The notes under the pieces are model-generated. The model ran no database searches. It was not told the origin of the DNA and saw only the letters and a program-made list of their open reading frames with translations. A stretch of DNA of 64,000 nt, taken from assembly GCF_964213995.1 (NCBI RefSeq), contig NC_135808.1:67270001-67334000 (forward strand), written 5' to 3'. Position 1 is the first letter of the stretch, and the number at the start of each line of letters is the position of its first letter. Shown here piece after piece: positions 26,075-39,130 of the stretch. This DNA comes from Mustelus asterias (lineage: Eukaryota). Made by a program: the position numbers and the translations under genes.

Positions 26075-26127
26075 CTTCTCTCCCCCCCCCCCCCCCCCCG
26101 TGTCCTAAAGAAACAGACCAACTGGTC

Positions 26128-26475
26128 ATCATAGAAACCCTACAGTACAGAAAGAGGCCATTTGGCCCATCGAGTCTGCACCAACCACAATCCCACCCAG
26201 GCCCTACCCCCATATCCCTACATATTTTACCCACTAATCCCTCTAATCTACACACCCCAGGACACTAAGGGGCAATTTTAGCATGGCCAATGAACCTAAC
26301 CCGCACATCTTTGGACTGTGGGAGGAAACCGGAGCACCCGGAGGAAACCCACGCAGACACGAAGAGAACGTGCAAACACCACACAGACAGTGACCCAAGC
26401 CGGGAATCGAACCCAGGTCCCTGGAGCTGTGAAGCAGCAGTGCTAACCACTGTGCTACCGTGCCGTACCGTACCG
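26128..26475 (-). mobile_element. Full-length, young HE1-type V-SINE
   Basis: Complete head, V-domain and CR1 tail. TSD TGGTC at 26123-26127 and 26476-26480. Confidence 0.95.
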
Positions 26476-26784
26476 TGGTCCTTATCTCAATTCTCTTGTG
26501 GGAGCTTGCTATGCACAAATTGGCTTTCACGTTTCCTACATCACAACAGTGGTGACATTTCAAAAGGTCTTAATTAGCTGAGGTTTTGAATGGCATCTTA
26601 AATTCCTCTTTCTTTCACATAGTAAGATTGCACAATTAGCAAGTGAAAGGAATAACCAAATAATTTGTTTTCGGTTCTTTTCAAAATATGCCGTGGGATT
26701 TTTTTTTTAACATCAATCCAAATTGATTTGGTAGGAGCTCAATTTCATGTCTTATTTCAAAGAAAAACATTGTTGGAGATACAA

Positions 26785-26923
26785 TGGACTCGGTTCTCCA
26801 ACCTCATCTGTGGCTGGGATTCTCAGGTCCTGTTGTGGTGAACAGAGATTTAGCGGCGTGCCGAATTCTCTGTTCTTGCTGGCAGTGGTGGCGGAATATG
26901 AATGGCCGGAGAATTCCAACCCA
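26785..26923. mobile_element. MITE-like element
   Basis: Imperfect TIRs TGGACTCGGTTCTCC / GGAGAATTCCAACCCA; similar to the elements at 36291 and 47823. Confidence 0.5.
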
Positions 26924-28217
26924 TATCTCCAAGTTTACAGCTTTCATGTGCTGAAATCTGGAGTGAGAATTGAAACCCCCTGACTCTGAGAATGAGCTAC
27001 CAAGTAAGTATTGGGAATGATTTGTCATATTGATGAGTCTCCCCATATCCAGGGTCTTTTGGGCTGAAATTGTACTTTACCTGGTATTAACTCAAATCAT
27101 TGAGAGATGGTTTCCTGGAGAGTGTCTCGGGGGATTTAGTCTTCTGGGTTATTCTTGTGTTTTGGGGCGCACCACGTAGGGAGAGACGCAACAGTATAAG
27201 TACATATTTATGTCCTGGAAATGTTTCGATGTCAAAATAAAACCTGAAGATATAAGACTGGTCATTATCCAAATGTTTCCTGATTAAAACACGGGGTTAA
27301 CGTTCACTTTGGGGATGCTGACTGATTTGTGCATTTGTAGTATTTTATGTTTACATTTTAGATTTCCTGAATTATTTTCTCTTTTTTGTTTGCAGCATCT
27401 GTTTATCTTTTACTAAACCATTTCATTAAATGATCTATGTGCTCACTAAGTATGGTGTTGACATGCCAGAAATCCCTCAAGTTCTTGCTGAAGCCGTGGA
27501 AGGTGTTGAATTCTGACAGGAGGAATTTAATTCTGAAGTGAAATTTTGATGGGATCACTAATTATCAAGTCCAGCTAATTAGACCTTCATTTTTAATTCC
27601 TCTAAATGTTAAGTAACTAATAAAAGCATTTGGTGTCCCATTACTCGACATTCCATGTTTGCTAATGCTCGGCAGAGTGCTCAAAGGTTGTCATGCAAAC
27701 TACATTTTTTCTGATTTTTTTTTTGTTTCAATAATCTGTTGACTCTTTTCAATGATTCGGGTTCTGCTTCAAGTTTATCAAAGTTACTTTGTGGTAAGTG
27801 GTTGCAGTGATTGGATAGGGCTTGTGCTGTAGCATGTTTCTAATTTGTAACTCATGTTGTTTGTCTTCAAATCCCTTCATGGCCTACCCCACCTCACTAC
27901 CTCTGTAAACCTCAAATTGTGGTCAATTTTCCAGGCCCCATTAATTCTAGACCTGTTACACCATTTATCGTCTGATTTTTCTGCCACTAACCCTTCCCTA
28001 CATTTTTTCCACACTACAGGGCAGCTCAGGTAAAAGCAGGATGAAGGCCTGAGTTTTAAACATTGCTGCTTCTTTTTGGGAACTATAATTTTTCCTGTAG
28101 ATTGAAATGCGCTACATTCTTGGATCATCTTCGAAGAATTACCTTGGAATGTTTTCAGGTTGAAACTGTCCCACGACTGAGAACAACGTGAATGCAGCTG
28201 GACACAATTTTGATTTG

Positions 28218-28558
28218 TCATAGAAGTCATAGAAACCCTACAGTACAGAAAGAGGCCATTCGACTCATCAAGTCTGCACCGACCACAATCCCACCCAGGC
28301 CCTCCCCCCATATATTTTACCCGCTAATCCCTCTAATCTACACATTCCAGGACACTAAGGAGCAATTTTAGCATGGCCAATCAACCTAACCCGCACATCT
28401 TTGGACTGTGGGAGGAAACCGGAGCACCCGGAGGAAACCCACGCAGACACGAGGAGAATGTGCAAACTCCACACAGACAGTGACCCGAGCTGGGAATCGA
28501 ACCCAGGTCCCTGGAGCTGTGAAGCAGCAGTGCTAACCACTGTGCTACCGTGCCGCCC
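28218..28558 (-). mobile_element. Full-length HE1-type V-SINE
   Basis: Near-identical to 26128-26465; 5' end GGGCGGCACGGTAGCACAGTGG. Confidence 0.95.
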
Positions 28559-28704
28559 TAATTAATTTGTGGAAATGTGCTCATCGGGGCAAGTTTTTTT
28601 TTGTCTTTCTATAATACTAATGCCAAACCCTAACTGTTCAGTTTTATACAAGTTCGGTTTACATCTTTCTAACCTATGACAGATTTGACTATAATTGACC
28701 CAAT

Positions 28705-29044
28705 ATCATAGAATCCCTACAATGCAGAAGGAGGCCATTCGGCCATTTGCACCTGCACCGATAACAATCCCACCTGGGCTTTATCCCCGTAACCCCACAT
28801 ATTTACCCTGCTAATCCCGCTAACCTAGGCATCCCTGGAAAACTAAGGGGCAATTTAGCATGGCCAAAGCACCTGACCTGCTCATCTTTGGACTGTGGGA
28901 GGAAACCGGAGCACCTGGAGGACACCTACACAAACACTGGGAGAACATGCAACTCCACACAGACAATGACCGAAGTTGGGAATCGAACCCAGGTCCATGG
29001 AGCTGTGAGGCAGCAGTGCTAACCACTGTGCCACCATGTTGCCC
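28705..29044 (-). mobile_element. HE1-type V-SINE (more diverged)
   Basis: Head, V-domain and CR1 tail are all present. Confidence 0.92.
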
Positions 29045-30765
29045 ATTGGGTTTGATGTGTGAGGAACAGAAAATATCCTGGCAAGGGCTTAATGGCAGGA
29101 CTTCATTAGCATTGCTTTGTTTATTGCCTGTCCACTGGTCAAACTGTCCATTTGGCTGGGGGTAGGTGGGGGCACTGGGGAACACCCGTGGCAGGAGGCT
29201 GCAGCTGTGGGCCCCTTGGGAACAGTCACTGAGAAATTGAGAGGAGAGAGAGGCCCACAATTGAGAAGAGGCCAATGGATCCATTGAGGGTGCAATAGGA
29301 GCACTTCTGCCCCACAAGGAACAGGACCATGGAGCCAGCAAATCGTGCCTCCCTTTCAAAGCAGAGTTTCCCAACCCGAGGAAATCAATCAGCAACAGTA
29401 AGTTTTAAATCTGGCTCCCAGTCACATTATGTGATCATGATTTAAATATTTTAATGACGTGTCCTGCCTTGGATCGTGATATCCGGTGCTGTTTTAAAAA
29501 GAAAATGGCAGATGGCATTTCATTTCCTGTCCTTTTTTAAACCCCCTCACCCCTCCAAAAAATAACCCCATCCATCCATTGCTGGGGTTAATATGCCTGA
29601 ATCCTTTTGAGCACTTTGGACCTGAGCTGTATGTATTCAGTGCAGGAGAGATGTTAAAAGTTAACTAACTGACACAGTATTGAGCGATTTGTAATCTGTG
29701 CTGACAACTCATACAGATTGCAGATTGCTGCCTGCTCTCGAATGGCAGGGGTTAACGCTGGTCACATCCCTGTTCTCTGTGATGGAGCTTTGGAAAGTTA
29801 AAGGAACAAACCTGTTTAGAATGTACATTGCATCTGTAAGGATGCTGGTATGTGTCTGGATGAACTGCTTGGTTGTGCATTAAAATGTTGCACGTATTAC
29901 CCAATATCCCTCTGGGACATGGCATCAGTTATTTTATGATGCAGTGCAAGCTGTAACAAAGTGGGAGCAGTAAAAGGTGAAGCGTTACCCATTCACCTCC
30001 TATACACTATATAGAACCAATGAGCCCTTTAGTGACAGTAGGAGGTGTTTTTTATTAAAGTTTTTAAAAAGTCATTCATAATTTCCAATCAAACCCCTTT
30101 TTACCTACAAGCCAATAAAAGTGTCAGTTTGAAACTGCAAGCACTTGGAACCTCTTTCTTATGTAAATATTGTGCAATTGACAGCATAGATCAGAGAGTC
30201 AGAGCTCTCCCTGGGGCTCAGGACTTTGAATGATTTCTGGGTTATCAGCAAACCTCTATGTATTTCTTTGGAAAATTGGAGGAGGGTGGAAATCTTGGAG
30301 GGTTGTCAGCCTGGAAAAGTTTACAGAGAATGAGAGAGGCAGCACTAACGGAAGAATTTTAAAATCAAGCTGCTGCCCTACCAGGGAACACTGCAGGACT
30401 GCGAGCACAAGGGCAATGGGTAACAAAGGCACAAATGCTAATTTCAGCAGCAGAGGAGCTGAGGCAGGGCTGAAGTTGGGCATCTCCAGTCATATAGGAT
30501 GTTAAAGCTTCAAACGATCTGCTTCAATCTCTGACATTGACCAGGGAGAGGGATGGAGCTGGTGAGCGCGAGCTATGATCATAAAGAATGAGACCGATTG
30601 GGAAAAAATGAAGCTTAATTTTCAATGTAATCTACCCAATAAGTAACATTTTCTCTTCCCTGTATTTATCCTTCTCCTGAAGAAAATGTTGCCTTGCTGA
30701 AATACAGTTCTTCACCACCTTCCCCAAACAGCCATATTTATTTGGGAATCAAGATGAGACAAAAC

Positions 30766-31095
30766 GATGGCAATGTTACCAGATTACTAATCCAGAGGGT
30801 TAACCACATCTAACAGAAATTTAGTTCCAATCCCATTGTGAAAGCTTGAGGCATTTAAAATCAGTAAATTTGTCCATAAATTGTAACCAGTTCAATTGGT
30901 CCTATTCGAGAAGAAAACCTGAAATCCTTATCCATCCAATCCCAAACTAATGTGCTTTAGTCTCATTTGCTCCCTGAACAGACCCATTGAGCCATTTGTA
31001 AGTAAAATGTTACCAGCAATTTCAAGAGAAAGGATTGACAGCATTTGCTCAGGGCAACCAAAGATGGCTAATGAATTCTGGCCTTCCCAGGGAAT
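30766..31095 (+). mobile_element. Degraded tRNA-SINE related to the 17474 family
   Basis: GATGGCAATGTTACCAGATTACTAATCCAGAGG head and CAGGGCAACCAAAGATGGCTAATGAATTCTGGCCTT tail. Confidence 0.5.
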
Positions 31096-31218
31096 CCTAG
31101 GGACCTGTTTTCAAACAAGAAGCTCATGAACTTTGGCAGACTTTGAGGTGTGATTGTTCTGTCTGATTTCCACCCTCAATCAACACTGACACAAGTACAT
31201 GTCCAGCAGCAATCACAT

Positions 31219-31315
31219 TAAAAACAGTAAGGACTGGGAAAACTCAGCAGGTCTGGCAGCATTTGTGGAGGGAGAAACAGAGTTAACACTGAGCCCAATA
31301 TGAGTCTCTTTGGAA
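31219..31315 (-). mobile_element. Penelope-like family B pLTR fragment
   Basis: AACTCAGCAGGTCTGGCAGCATTTGTGGAGGGAGAAACAGAGTTAAC is the reverse complement of the pLTR end seen at 39490-39540 and 46950-47010. Confidence 0.6.
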
Positions 31316-31894
31316 ACCCTGGCTGCTGTCTTGTTCCCTAAACCAGGGGAATGAGATTAATTGTAATATATTCCACTTCCGCCCCAAGTGAAATCAGCGA
31401 ACTCTAGTAAATACTTGTGGTCAAATAGGAACCCTTCCTCTGTCTGACCCTGCTGATGTGGAGATGCCGGTGTTGGACTGGGGTAAGTACAGTAAGAAGT
31501 CTCACAACACCAGGTTAAAGTCCAATATGTTTATTTGGTAGCACAAGCCACAAGCTTTCGGAGCACTGCCCCTTTATCGGGTGAGTGGGAGTTGTGTTCA
31601 CAAACAGGGCATGTAAAGACACAAACTCAATTTACAAAATAATCATTGGAATGCGAGTCTTTACAGGTAATCAAGTCTTAAAGGTACAGACAATGTGAGT
31701 GGAGAGAGGGTTAAGCACAGGTTAAAGAGATGTGAATTGTCTCCAGCCAGGACAGTTAGTGAGATTTTGCAAGCCCAGGCAAGTTGTGGGGGTTACAGAT
31801 GGTGTGACACGAACTCAAGATCCCGGTTGAGGCCGTCCTCATGTGTGCGGAACTTGGCTATCAGTTTCTGCTCAGCGATTCTGCGTTGTTGTGT

Positions 31895-32918
31895 TGGACT
31901 CGTGGCGAACAATCATTGAAACAACGATATGATGACATCAACAAGTTCCATCCCACCATCAGACTCACCATGGACTACTGTCCGGAATTGGTTGCATTCT
32001 TGGACACACGCATCTCCATCAAGGACGGTCACCTCAGCACTTCACTGTACCGCAAGCCCACGGATACCCTCACGATGCTCCACTTCTCCAGCTTCCACCC
32101 TAAACACGTTAAAGAAGCCATCCCCTACGGACAAGCCCTCCGTATACACAGGATCTGCTCAGATGAGGAGAATCGCAACAGAAACCTCCAGACGCTGACA
32201 GATGCCCACATAAGAACAGAATATGGCGCTCAACTCATCGATCGACAGTTCCGACCCGCCACAGCGAAAAAACCGCACCAACCTCCTCAGAAGACAAACA
32301 CGGGACACGGTGGACAGAGTACCCTTCGTCGTCCAGTACTTCCCCGGAGCGGAGAAGCTACGACATCTTCTCTGGAACCTTCAACATGTCATTGATGAAG
32401 ATGAACATATCCCCACACCCCCAATTCTTGCCTTCAAACAATCGCACAACCTCAAACAGACCATTGTCTGCAGCAAACTACCCAGCCTTCAGGAGAACAG
32501 TGACCACGACACCATACAACCCTGCCACAGCAACTTCTGCAAGACGTGCCGGATCATCAACATGGATGCCATCATCTCACGTGAGAACACCATCCACCAG
32601 GTACATGGTACATACTCTTGCAACTCGGCCAAAGTTGTCTACCTGATACGTTGCAGGAAAGGATGTCCTGAGGCATGGTACATTGGGGAGACCATGCAGA
32701 TGCTACGACAATGGATGAATGAACACCGTTCAACAATCACTAGGCAGGAGTGTTCCCTTCCAGTCGGGGAACACTTCAGCAGTCACGGGCATTCAGCCTC
32801 TGATCTTCGGGTAAGTGTTGTCCAAGGCGGCCTTCACGACACATGACAACGTAGAAACTGATCGCCACATGAGGACAGCCTCAATCAGGATCTTGGGTTC
32901 ATGTCACACTATCTGTAA
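31895..32918 (+). pseudogene. Truncated, frameshifted Penelope polyprotein (RT C-terminus/thumb, Cys-rich linker, GIY-YIG endonuclease)
   Basis: INKFHPTIRLTMD..VAFLDTRISIKDGHLSTSLYRKPTD..HPKHVKEAIPYGQALRIHRICS. After a frameshift near 32270: PCHSNFCKTC and VVYLIRCRKGCPEAWYIGET..LRQWMNEH. Confidence 0.92.
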
Positions 32919-33148
32919 CCCCCATAACAACTTGCCTGGGCTTGCAAAATCTCGCTAACTGTCCTGGCTGGAGACAATACACATCTCTTTAACCTGTGCT
33001 TAACCCTCTCTCCACTCACATTGTCTGTACCTGTAAAGATTTGATTACCTGTAAAGACTCACATTCCAACCATTATCTTGTAAATTGCCTTATCTTGTAA
33101 ATTGAGTTTGTGTCTTTATATGTCCTGTTTGTGAACAATACTCCCATT

Positions 33149-33183
33149 CACCTGAAGAAGGGGCAGCGCTCCGAAAGCTTGTG
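33149..33183 (+). ncRNA. Minimal type-I hammerhead ribozyme motif
   Basis: CAC-CTGAAGA-A-GGGGC-AGC-GCTCC-GAAA-GC-TT-GTG. The inverted-arm copy (~31550-31584, minus) has a mutated core, CCGATAA. Confidence 0.75.
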
Positions 33184-33280
33184 GCTTGTGCTACCAAATA
33201 AACCTGTTGGACTTTAACCTGGTGTTGTGAGACTTCTTACTGACCCTGCTGAGCCATCAGGTTATATTTTAAACCTAAAT

Positions 33281-33711
33281 GATTGGATCGACTGGGCTTG
33301 TACTCACTGGGATTTAGAAGAATGAGAGGGGATCTCATAGAAACATATAAAATCCTGATGGGACTGGACAGGCTAGATGTGGGAAGAATGTTCTCGATTT
33401 GGGGAAGTGCAGAAATAAGGGTCCCAGTCTAAGAATAAGGAGTAAGCCATTCAGGACTGAGATGAGGAAGAACTTCTTCACTCAGAGAGTTGTGTGAACC
33501 TGTGGAATTCTCTACCACAGAAAGCTGTTGGGCGAGTTCGTTAGATATGTTCAAGAGGGAGTTGAACATGACCCTCGCAGCTAAAGGGATCAAGGGGTAT
33601 GGAAAGAAAGCAGGAGTGGGATACTGAAAGTGCATGATCATATTGAATGGTGGTGGTGCAGGCTCGAAGAGCCAAATGGCCTACTCCTGCACTTATTTTC
33701 TATGTTTCTAT
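33281..33711 (+). mobile_element. CR1/HER1-like LINE 3' end
   Basis: Encodes LGLYSLGFRRMRGDLIETYKILMGLDRLD and ends GGCCTACTCCTGCACTTATTTTCTATGTTTCTAT. Confidence 0.9.
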
Positions 33712-35146
33712 CTGCCGAAAATTGAGACTTGACTGGTCGCTGCAACATACCTGTAATGCATAATATTTGTTCAATATCAGTATCCAACCTCGACTATGAA
33801 TAAGTTACAAAGTGTTTGACTTCTGTTTATTGGCAGCAAGCAGATTAGGGAAGTGAACGAGCAGTTTATCTCCACCAGCTCATTTTGCAGAGCCCCAATT
33901 TATGCAATACCTGTTGTCGATGAAATTCAAGAATAATTTCACACAAAGATATTCAACTTGTCCTTCTGACAATGCTTGTTTGTTTTCCTTGGCTATTTAA
34001 CCCACAATTCACCCTGTCCTTGTTTTGATATTTGGTTTTAACTAATGATTAGTGAGTGCATTGTTGAGAGTAGCAAGACTGTCAAACTCCGTTTTGAGCT
34101 CCTGCCCCAATGGAGATTGGCACACGATCTATCCATCGGCCCAGATAATCCATTTCTTTTCCGGGCACATGAACTGCTGGCGTGTTGGTTTTTATGGTGA
34201 TGCCGCTACCCCTGCTGAGGAGAACAGATACACGATGGTGTCCCCAGAGCTTTCATGCCACCATGCCCACCAAATTCTCCCTCTTGCCTGCAGTTCCAAG
34301 GTTGTCTGGCACCAACCAGTTGCTATTGTTGTAATCCCGGCTGAGTGACGGCACTTGCTTTGCAAACTGCACGCCTTTCTGCAGCTTGACTGTTGCTATT
34401 GTCTTTGCCTCATTCATTCCCTCAGAGCTGACATTTAACATTGGTTTAGACCAAGCCAGCCGTCAGCCACATTGACTTGATTTAGAGAGAGCCCCACAAA
34501 GGTAAAACCGCACTTATCACCTAGCCATACATAAATATGTTATTTGAGAACAGTTAGGACTTAATGATTAAAAGATATAGCTGGGTCAAGTGCAGAGGAC
34601 CTTCTCCTGTCAGCTATAGTTGGCATCAAGGCTCTAAACTTTAAACGCAAAAAAAAAGTACGTTTATAAAAGGAAAGTTCAGTGTTGCCAGATTTTTATC
34701 TCCCTCTTTCAAAAGCTGAGTTCAGTCAGGTTGTTACTGCAGCAAGTTGAGGGTAGACAGTCATGCCTGAAGGTGATGACCTTTGTTGGAAAGCAAATAA
34801 GTCTTGATGGTTGCCCTGATCACTATCGAGTGCTGTACAGCAGAGGTAAGCATTCTCACACAGCCAAGCAGCCAATCTGTGCTTGACGGCCTGCTTCTGA
34901 TAGTGTTTCTAAACTCGCAACTACTTTGAGAGATGGTGAGGTTTTTGAGTAAACTGCTGCTGGGCTTGTTGACTCTGTTGCAGACAGCCATTTCATGCCA
35001 TTGCGTCTCTGAAAAATCCCTCCCCCCGCCCCCACCTTTCCTAAATTACAGCTTTGATTACATTTCCTTTGGCTGAAGAACTCGGGATACTTGAGCTATA
35101 TGAATGCAAGTTTCTTTTCCCCACCATTTCACCATTGTATTTAATA

Positions 35147-35376
35147 GGGGTCGGTTAGCTCAGTTGGCTGGAAAACTCGTTCGTGATGCAGAGCAACGCC
35201 AACAGCGTGGGTTCAATTCCCATACTGGCTGAGGTTATCCATGAAGGCTCTGCTTTCTCAACCTTGCCTCTCGTCTGAGGTGTGGCAATCCTCAGGTTAA
35301 AATCGCCACCAGTCAGCTCTTTCCCTTAAAGGGGAGAGCAGCTTACGGTCATCTGGGACTATGGCAAATTTACCTT
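35147..35376 (+). mobile_element. tRNA-derived SINE (separate family)
   Basis: Pol III A box TAGCTCAGTTGG, B box GGTTCAATTCC, and tail GGGACTATGGCAAATTTACCTT. Confidence 0.7.
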
Positions 35377-35447
35377 TCAAATGGAGAAAATGCATATTTA
35401 ATAGCAGTTTCAAGAGCTAGCAGGATGACTTTTGTAGGTTATCATCT

Positions 35448-35962
35448 TTATTCTTTCATGGGGTGTGGGTGTTATTGGCAAGGCCTAATTGTCCTTGAAC
35501 TGAGTGGCTTGCTAGGCTATTTCAGAGGGCACTTGAGCATGAACCACATGCAGATCCGACCAGGGTTACCCTGAGTCCAAAGGACATTAATGAATCAGAG
35601 CCAGGGTTCTTACAACAATCAATGATACCTGTCATGCTCACCATTACCAAGACCAGAGGTAGTAGTAGAGGCGGGTACAATTTTGTCTTTTTAAAAGCAT
35701 TTAGATAGTTACATGGATAAGATGGGTATAAAGGGATATGGGCCAAATGCGGGCAGTTGGGATTAGCTTGGGGGTTTAAATAAAAAAGGGTGGCATGGAC
35801 AAGTTGGGCCGAAGGGCCTGTTTCCATGCTGTAAACCTCTGACTCTATGACTAACCTCGATAGATACGTTTAAATTCCACTAGCTGCCATGGTCTGAACA
35901 AATGTTCAGGTTGCTCTGAGCCTCTGAATTGCAAATCCAGTACCATTGCCACGACGTCACCT
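35448..35962 (-). mobile_element. tRNA-SINE of the 17474 family, with a nested CR1 3' fragment
   Basis: CCTAATTGTCCTTGAACTGAGTGGCTTGCTAGG and TTTAAATTCCACTAGCTGCCATGG match 17526-17560 and 17810-17835. Confidence 0.65.
35652..35852 (+). mobile_element. CR1-like LINE 3' fragment
   Basis: Ends GGGCCGAAGGGCCTGTTTCCATGCTGTAAACCTCTGACTCTATGACT. Confidence 0.8.
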
Positions 35963-36290
35963 TCCCCAGTTACTGTCGAGCTGCTTTATGTGTGCTGTTT
36001 GACAAGAGTCGGCATTCCTGGGTTTTTCTTAGGTGCCGGTTTTGTGCAGCTACATTTACAGTGGTGGCTTACAACAAAATGGTAAATCAGAGAGATTGAG
36101 CACAAACTAGGCATTCGAATAAGGATTCCCTTTGGTGGGACGTCATGCTCAAAGTGTTAATGTAGGGAGTATTGCCGGGACAGATCTGTAGTTTGTATTT
36201 GTGATCATGGGTAAAAACATTCTGGGGAAATTTTATTTAAAACAGTTGCACCAGCTGATGGTGTCATTGCTGATTCAGATTCAGGAACAA

Positions 36291-36428
36291 AGGACGCAAT
36301 CTTAGCTGCAGTTCACGCCACACTCCCGCTGAAGCGAAGTTGGAGAATGTGGCGGCCAATCAAATCTCTGCCCACTGCGGTGGGATGGGAAAATCCCGCT
36401 GGCATGAACAGTGATAGAATTCCGGCCT
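36291..36428. mobile_element. MITE-like element
   Basis: Ends AGGACGCAATCTT / AGAATTCCGGCCT; internal GGAAAATCCCGCTGGC motif shared with the family. Confidence 0.5.
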
Positions 36429-37414
36429 AAATACCTGTTTACTAATCAAGGCAATTTTCTTCTTTCAATGCTTCAAAACACTTGGTTTAATTCAGGGTAA
36501 AGTTGTTAGTTTTTAATTCTGGTGACCACACAAAAAGTTCTGTCAGTGTGAGTGTGTATGCAATCTGCTAGTGACATTCCAAAAGATGCCTTTCAGATTC
36601 TGGGACGTCGGCCAGGGAATCTCTTCTTCACCACCTGGAGAGACTGGAGAATGGCAGATCACAAAATGAAGCTGCATTAATTCTCAACAATTATAGCTCT
36701 TAGTCCAACCAACTTATGGTGCTGTTCAATATTTTGCCTATATGTTTTTTGCTGTTGTGTATTTTCTATCTAAATGAACCTGGGGCAGATGTCGGTCTGT
36801 ATGAAAGTGGCCGAATAGATTGATAAACGTCCCATCACCTGAAATCACTGTAAGAGGTGTGAGCATCATGCCTTCTCTCCAGAACATGGTTTGGTGAGAT
36901 CACAGTTAATTGTTGGGCCTGTGGCAGTTTGTGACAAATGGGTCATCAAGTTGTTTGTCCGACGTGTGTTGGCTGGGGTGTGGGTAGAATTAGTGGGAGA
37001 ACCCAAGTTATAATGGGAGACTTCCTAGAATATTTACAGCAGAAGATGATGTCATGTGGCTGGCTGAAACCGAGCTTTTAATTAATTGGCATTCAATGAG
37101 TAAGAAAGCATATAATAACTTAACAAATATACAAATCCAAAAATAGAAATCCAATTACCTTAACTGTTTGCTGGGATGCCTTCACTTGGAGATCCATGCT
37201 GCCGTGACCCTGAACCTGCAATTTATCATTCACTAAGGCATTGTGCTAATGCACACAAATTAGCCAATACTCCCACAGATTACTCTGCTAAAGATGTGAA
37301 AAATCAATTAATGAGATGTTCTGAATCACAGATTGCGAGGTGTGCTCTTCTTCCAGCATACCAAAGTTTAAAGAAAATGCGTGCATTACTTTTAGTTGAG
37401 TTTGAACTCCTATC

Positions 37415-37710
37415 GGGCAGCACAGTGGTTAGCACTGCTACCTCACAGCGCCAGGGACATGGGTTCGATTAACTTGGGTCACTGTCTGTGTGGAGTTTGC
37501 ACGTTCTCCCTGTGTCCGTGTGGGTTTTCTGCTGGTGCTTCGGTTTCCTCCCACAGTCCGCAAGATGTGCTGGTTAGGTACATTGGCCATGCTAAACTCT
37601 CCTTCAGTGTACCTGAACAGGCACTGGAATGTGGCAACTCGGGGATTTTCACAGTAACTTCATTGCAGTATTAATGTCAGCCTACCTGTGACAGTAATAA
37701 ATAAACTTTA
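37415..37710 (+). mobile_element. V-SINE, tail type B
   Basis: Head, V-domain, and tail ...CCTACCTGTGACAGTAATAAATAAACTTTA. Confidence 0.92.
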
Positions 37711-38974
37711 AAAAAACTCAATGACCCACTATATATTCCAATTGCCCTGATCTTTTATCAAATATTTTAACTTTTTCCAATCAGGACAGTCATCTGCTCT
37801 AACAAGGTGAACGTAGAAAAGTTGATAGCAGTATAATTTCAGCAGGTTGCCTCTTTAGGCACTGCTACATGAGCTCTATTATTATGTTCTCTCACGAGCC
37901 ACCCAGAGGCAGTCAATTACATGAAAAAATGTCTGACCCTTTTAAACCTAGAAAGTTACTTCAAACAAAGCATTGTCAGACATTTGCCGTATCTTGTAAT
38001 CTGCCACGCCATTTTGCTGAATTCCTGTGTAAACAATACTCTTAAATTTGGATTGGTTTCAGATTTAAAGCGATGTTAAATCAAATGACACTGAGTAAAC
38101 ATGTCACAGGTTTGATTTTTGAATAGGAATACCCACTGCTGCTGATTGGTTTTTCGAACTGCTTGCAAGGTACACCCAATCTGATTGCAATTCAGATGGA
38201 GCCGGAGTGATTCCAATTTCTGCTCCCTCTTGGTTTTGCTCGATGGTCAGACGCACATTTCAAGTGGTCATTAAAATGTTCTTTGTATATATGTATTGCT
38301 TTGTACTGGAGTTCCATTAAACACATTTATTATTCCATGTTGAACGATTTTAGGAAGGAGGTGTCTGAGCTAGAGTTGGAGGCTTGGGGAGAGATCTGCA
38401 GTAATAACCAAGATAGTTATCCAGGAATTGTTAGATCAAACCTAGTTGAACACCTGAGTAGTCATACAATTGCCCCCTCCCTGCCAGCCACCTGACTAGT
38501 CCCAACCATCTGACCACCCCCATGACCTTCTGATTGAGCTGAGATTGAATCAGTTCCTTGATCCACTAGTGGGGTCCTTACTATGTTTGCCCTGTGCTTA
38601 CTGCATGGCCTGAATGCCACCCCTAGTAGTGATTACTGTTGGTTTGCACCCATGTCAGCATTTGAGGGAGGTCAGGAGCAGACTTGGCTTATATGGCATT
38701 GTTAACCTACACTCTAGCCCCTCTGTGTCCCCAGAAGGCTACCTGATCTTAATAAGAGAAGAGGATTTATTTTGTCTCTTTTAAATCCATTTGAAGCAAT
38801 AGTGAGCTGGAGTGAGGCGTTAGCTGTAGGTGACCCGAGTGAGGTATTGGGTGTAGGTGACTATCCTTCAACAACAATTGTTAATGGAACATGTGGATTT
38901 TTTCATATGTGGCCCTGAGAGGAGCTTCTGGTCTCATTTTCACTCTGTGGCATCACCTGACTTCATGATTGTAT

Positions 38975-39118
38975 CAGCTCAAAGTCTCATTCATGCCTTC
39001 ATTACCGCTGAACTTGATATTCCAATGCACTGGCTGGTCTCTCACATTCCACCTTGTATGAACTTGCACCAAGTCCCATTACTCTATCTCCCCTGTACTT
39101 GCTGACCAACATTGGCTG
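38975..39118 (+). mobile_element. L2-type LINE RT fragment
   Basis: SAQSLIHAFITAELD resembles L2 LIHAFVTSRLDY; SPVLADQHW resembles TPVLADLHW. Confidence 0.6.
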
Positions 39119-39130
39119 TAATGTTCCAGT

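Larger units (their letters stand above)
25487..26580 (+). mobile_element. DeuSINE (SacSINE1-like), split by an assembly gap and an HE1 insertion
   Basis: Head GTCAGCCTTGGCTCAGTTGGCAGCAC, Deu domain GGAGTGCTGCACTGTCTGAGATGCTGCC, and 3' part GTGGGAGCTTGCTATGCACAAATTGGCT. Confidence 0.7.
31454..33241 (+). mobile_element. Penelope-like family A insertion 2: inverted tail and pLTR (31454-31894) joined to 5'-truncated RT/GIY-YIG and pLTR
   Basis: Long inverted repeat between 31491-~31870 and ~32855-33241. TSD GACCCTGC at 31446-31453 and 33242-33249, extendable to CTGACCCTGCTGA by microhomology. Confidence 0.95.

Noticed and set aside
25623-26255. ORFs of 147-210 aa
   Set aside because: Artefacts of translating through the N gap.
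35147-35225. Possible tRNA gene
   Set aside because: A and B boxes are present, but there is no convincing cloverleaf and it continues into a SINE body with a related fragment at 8118.
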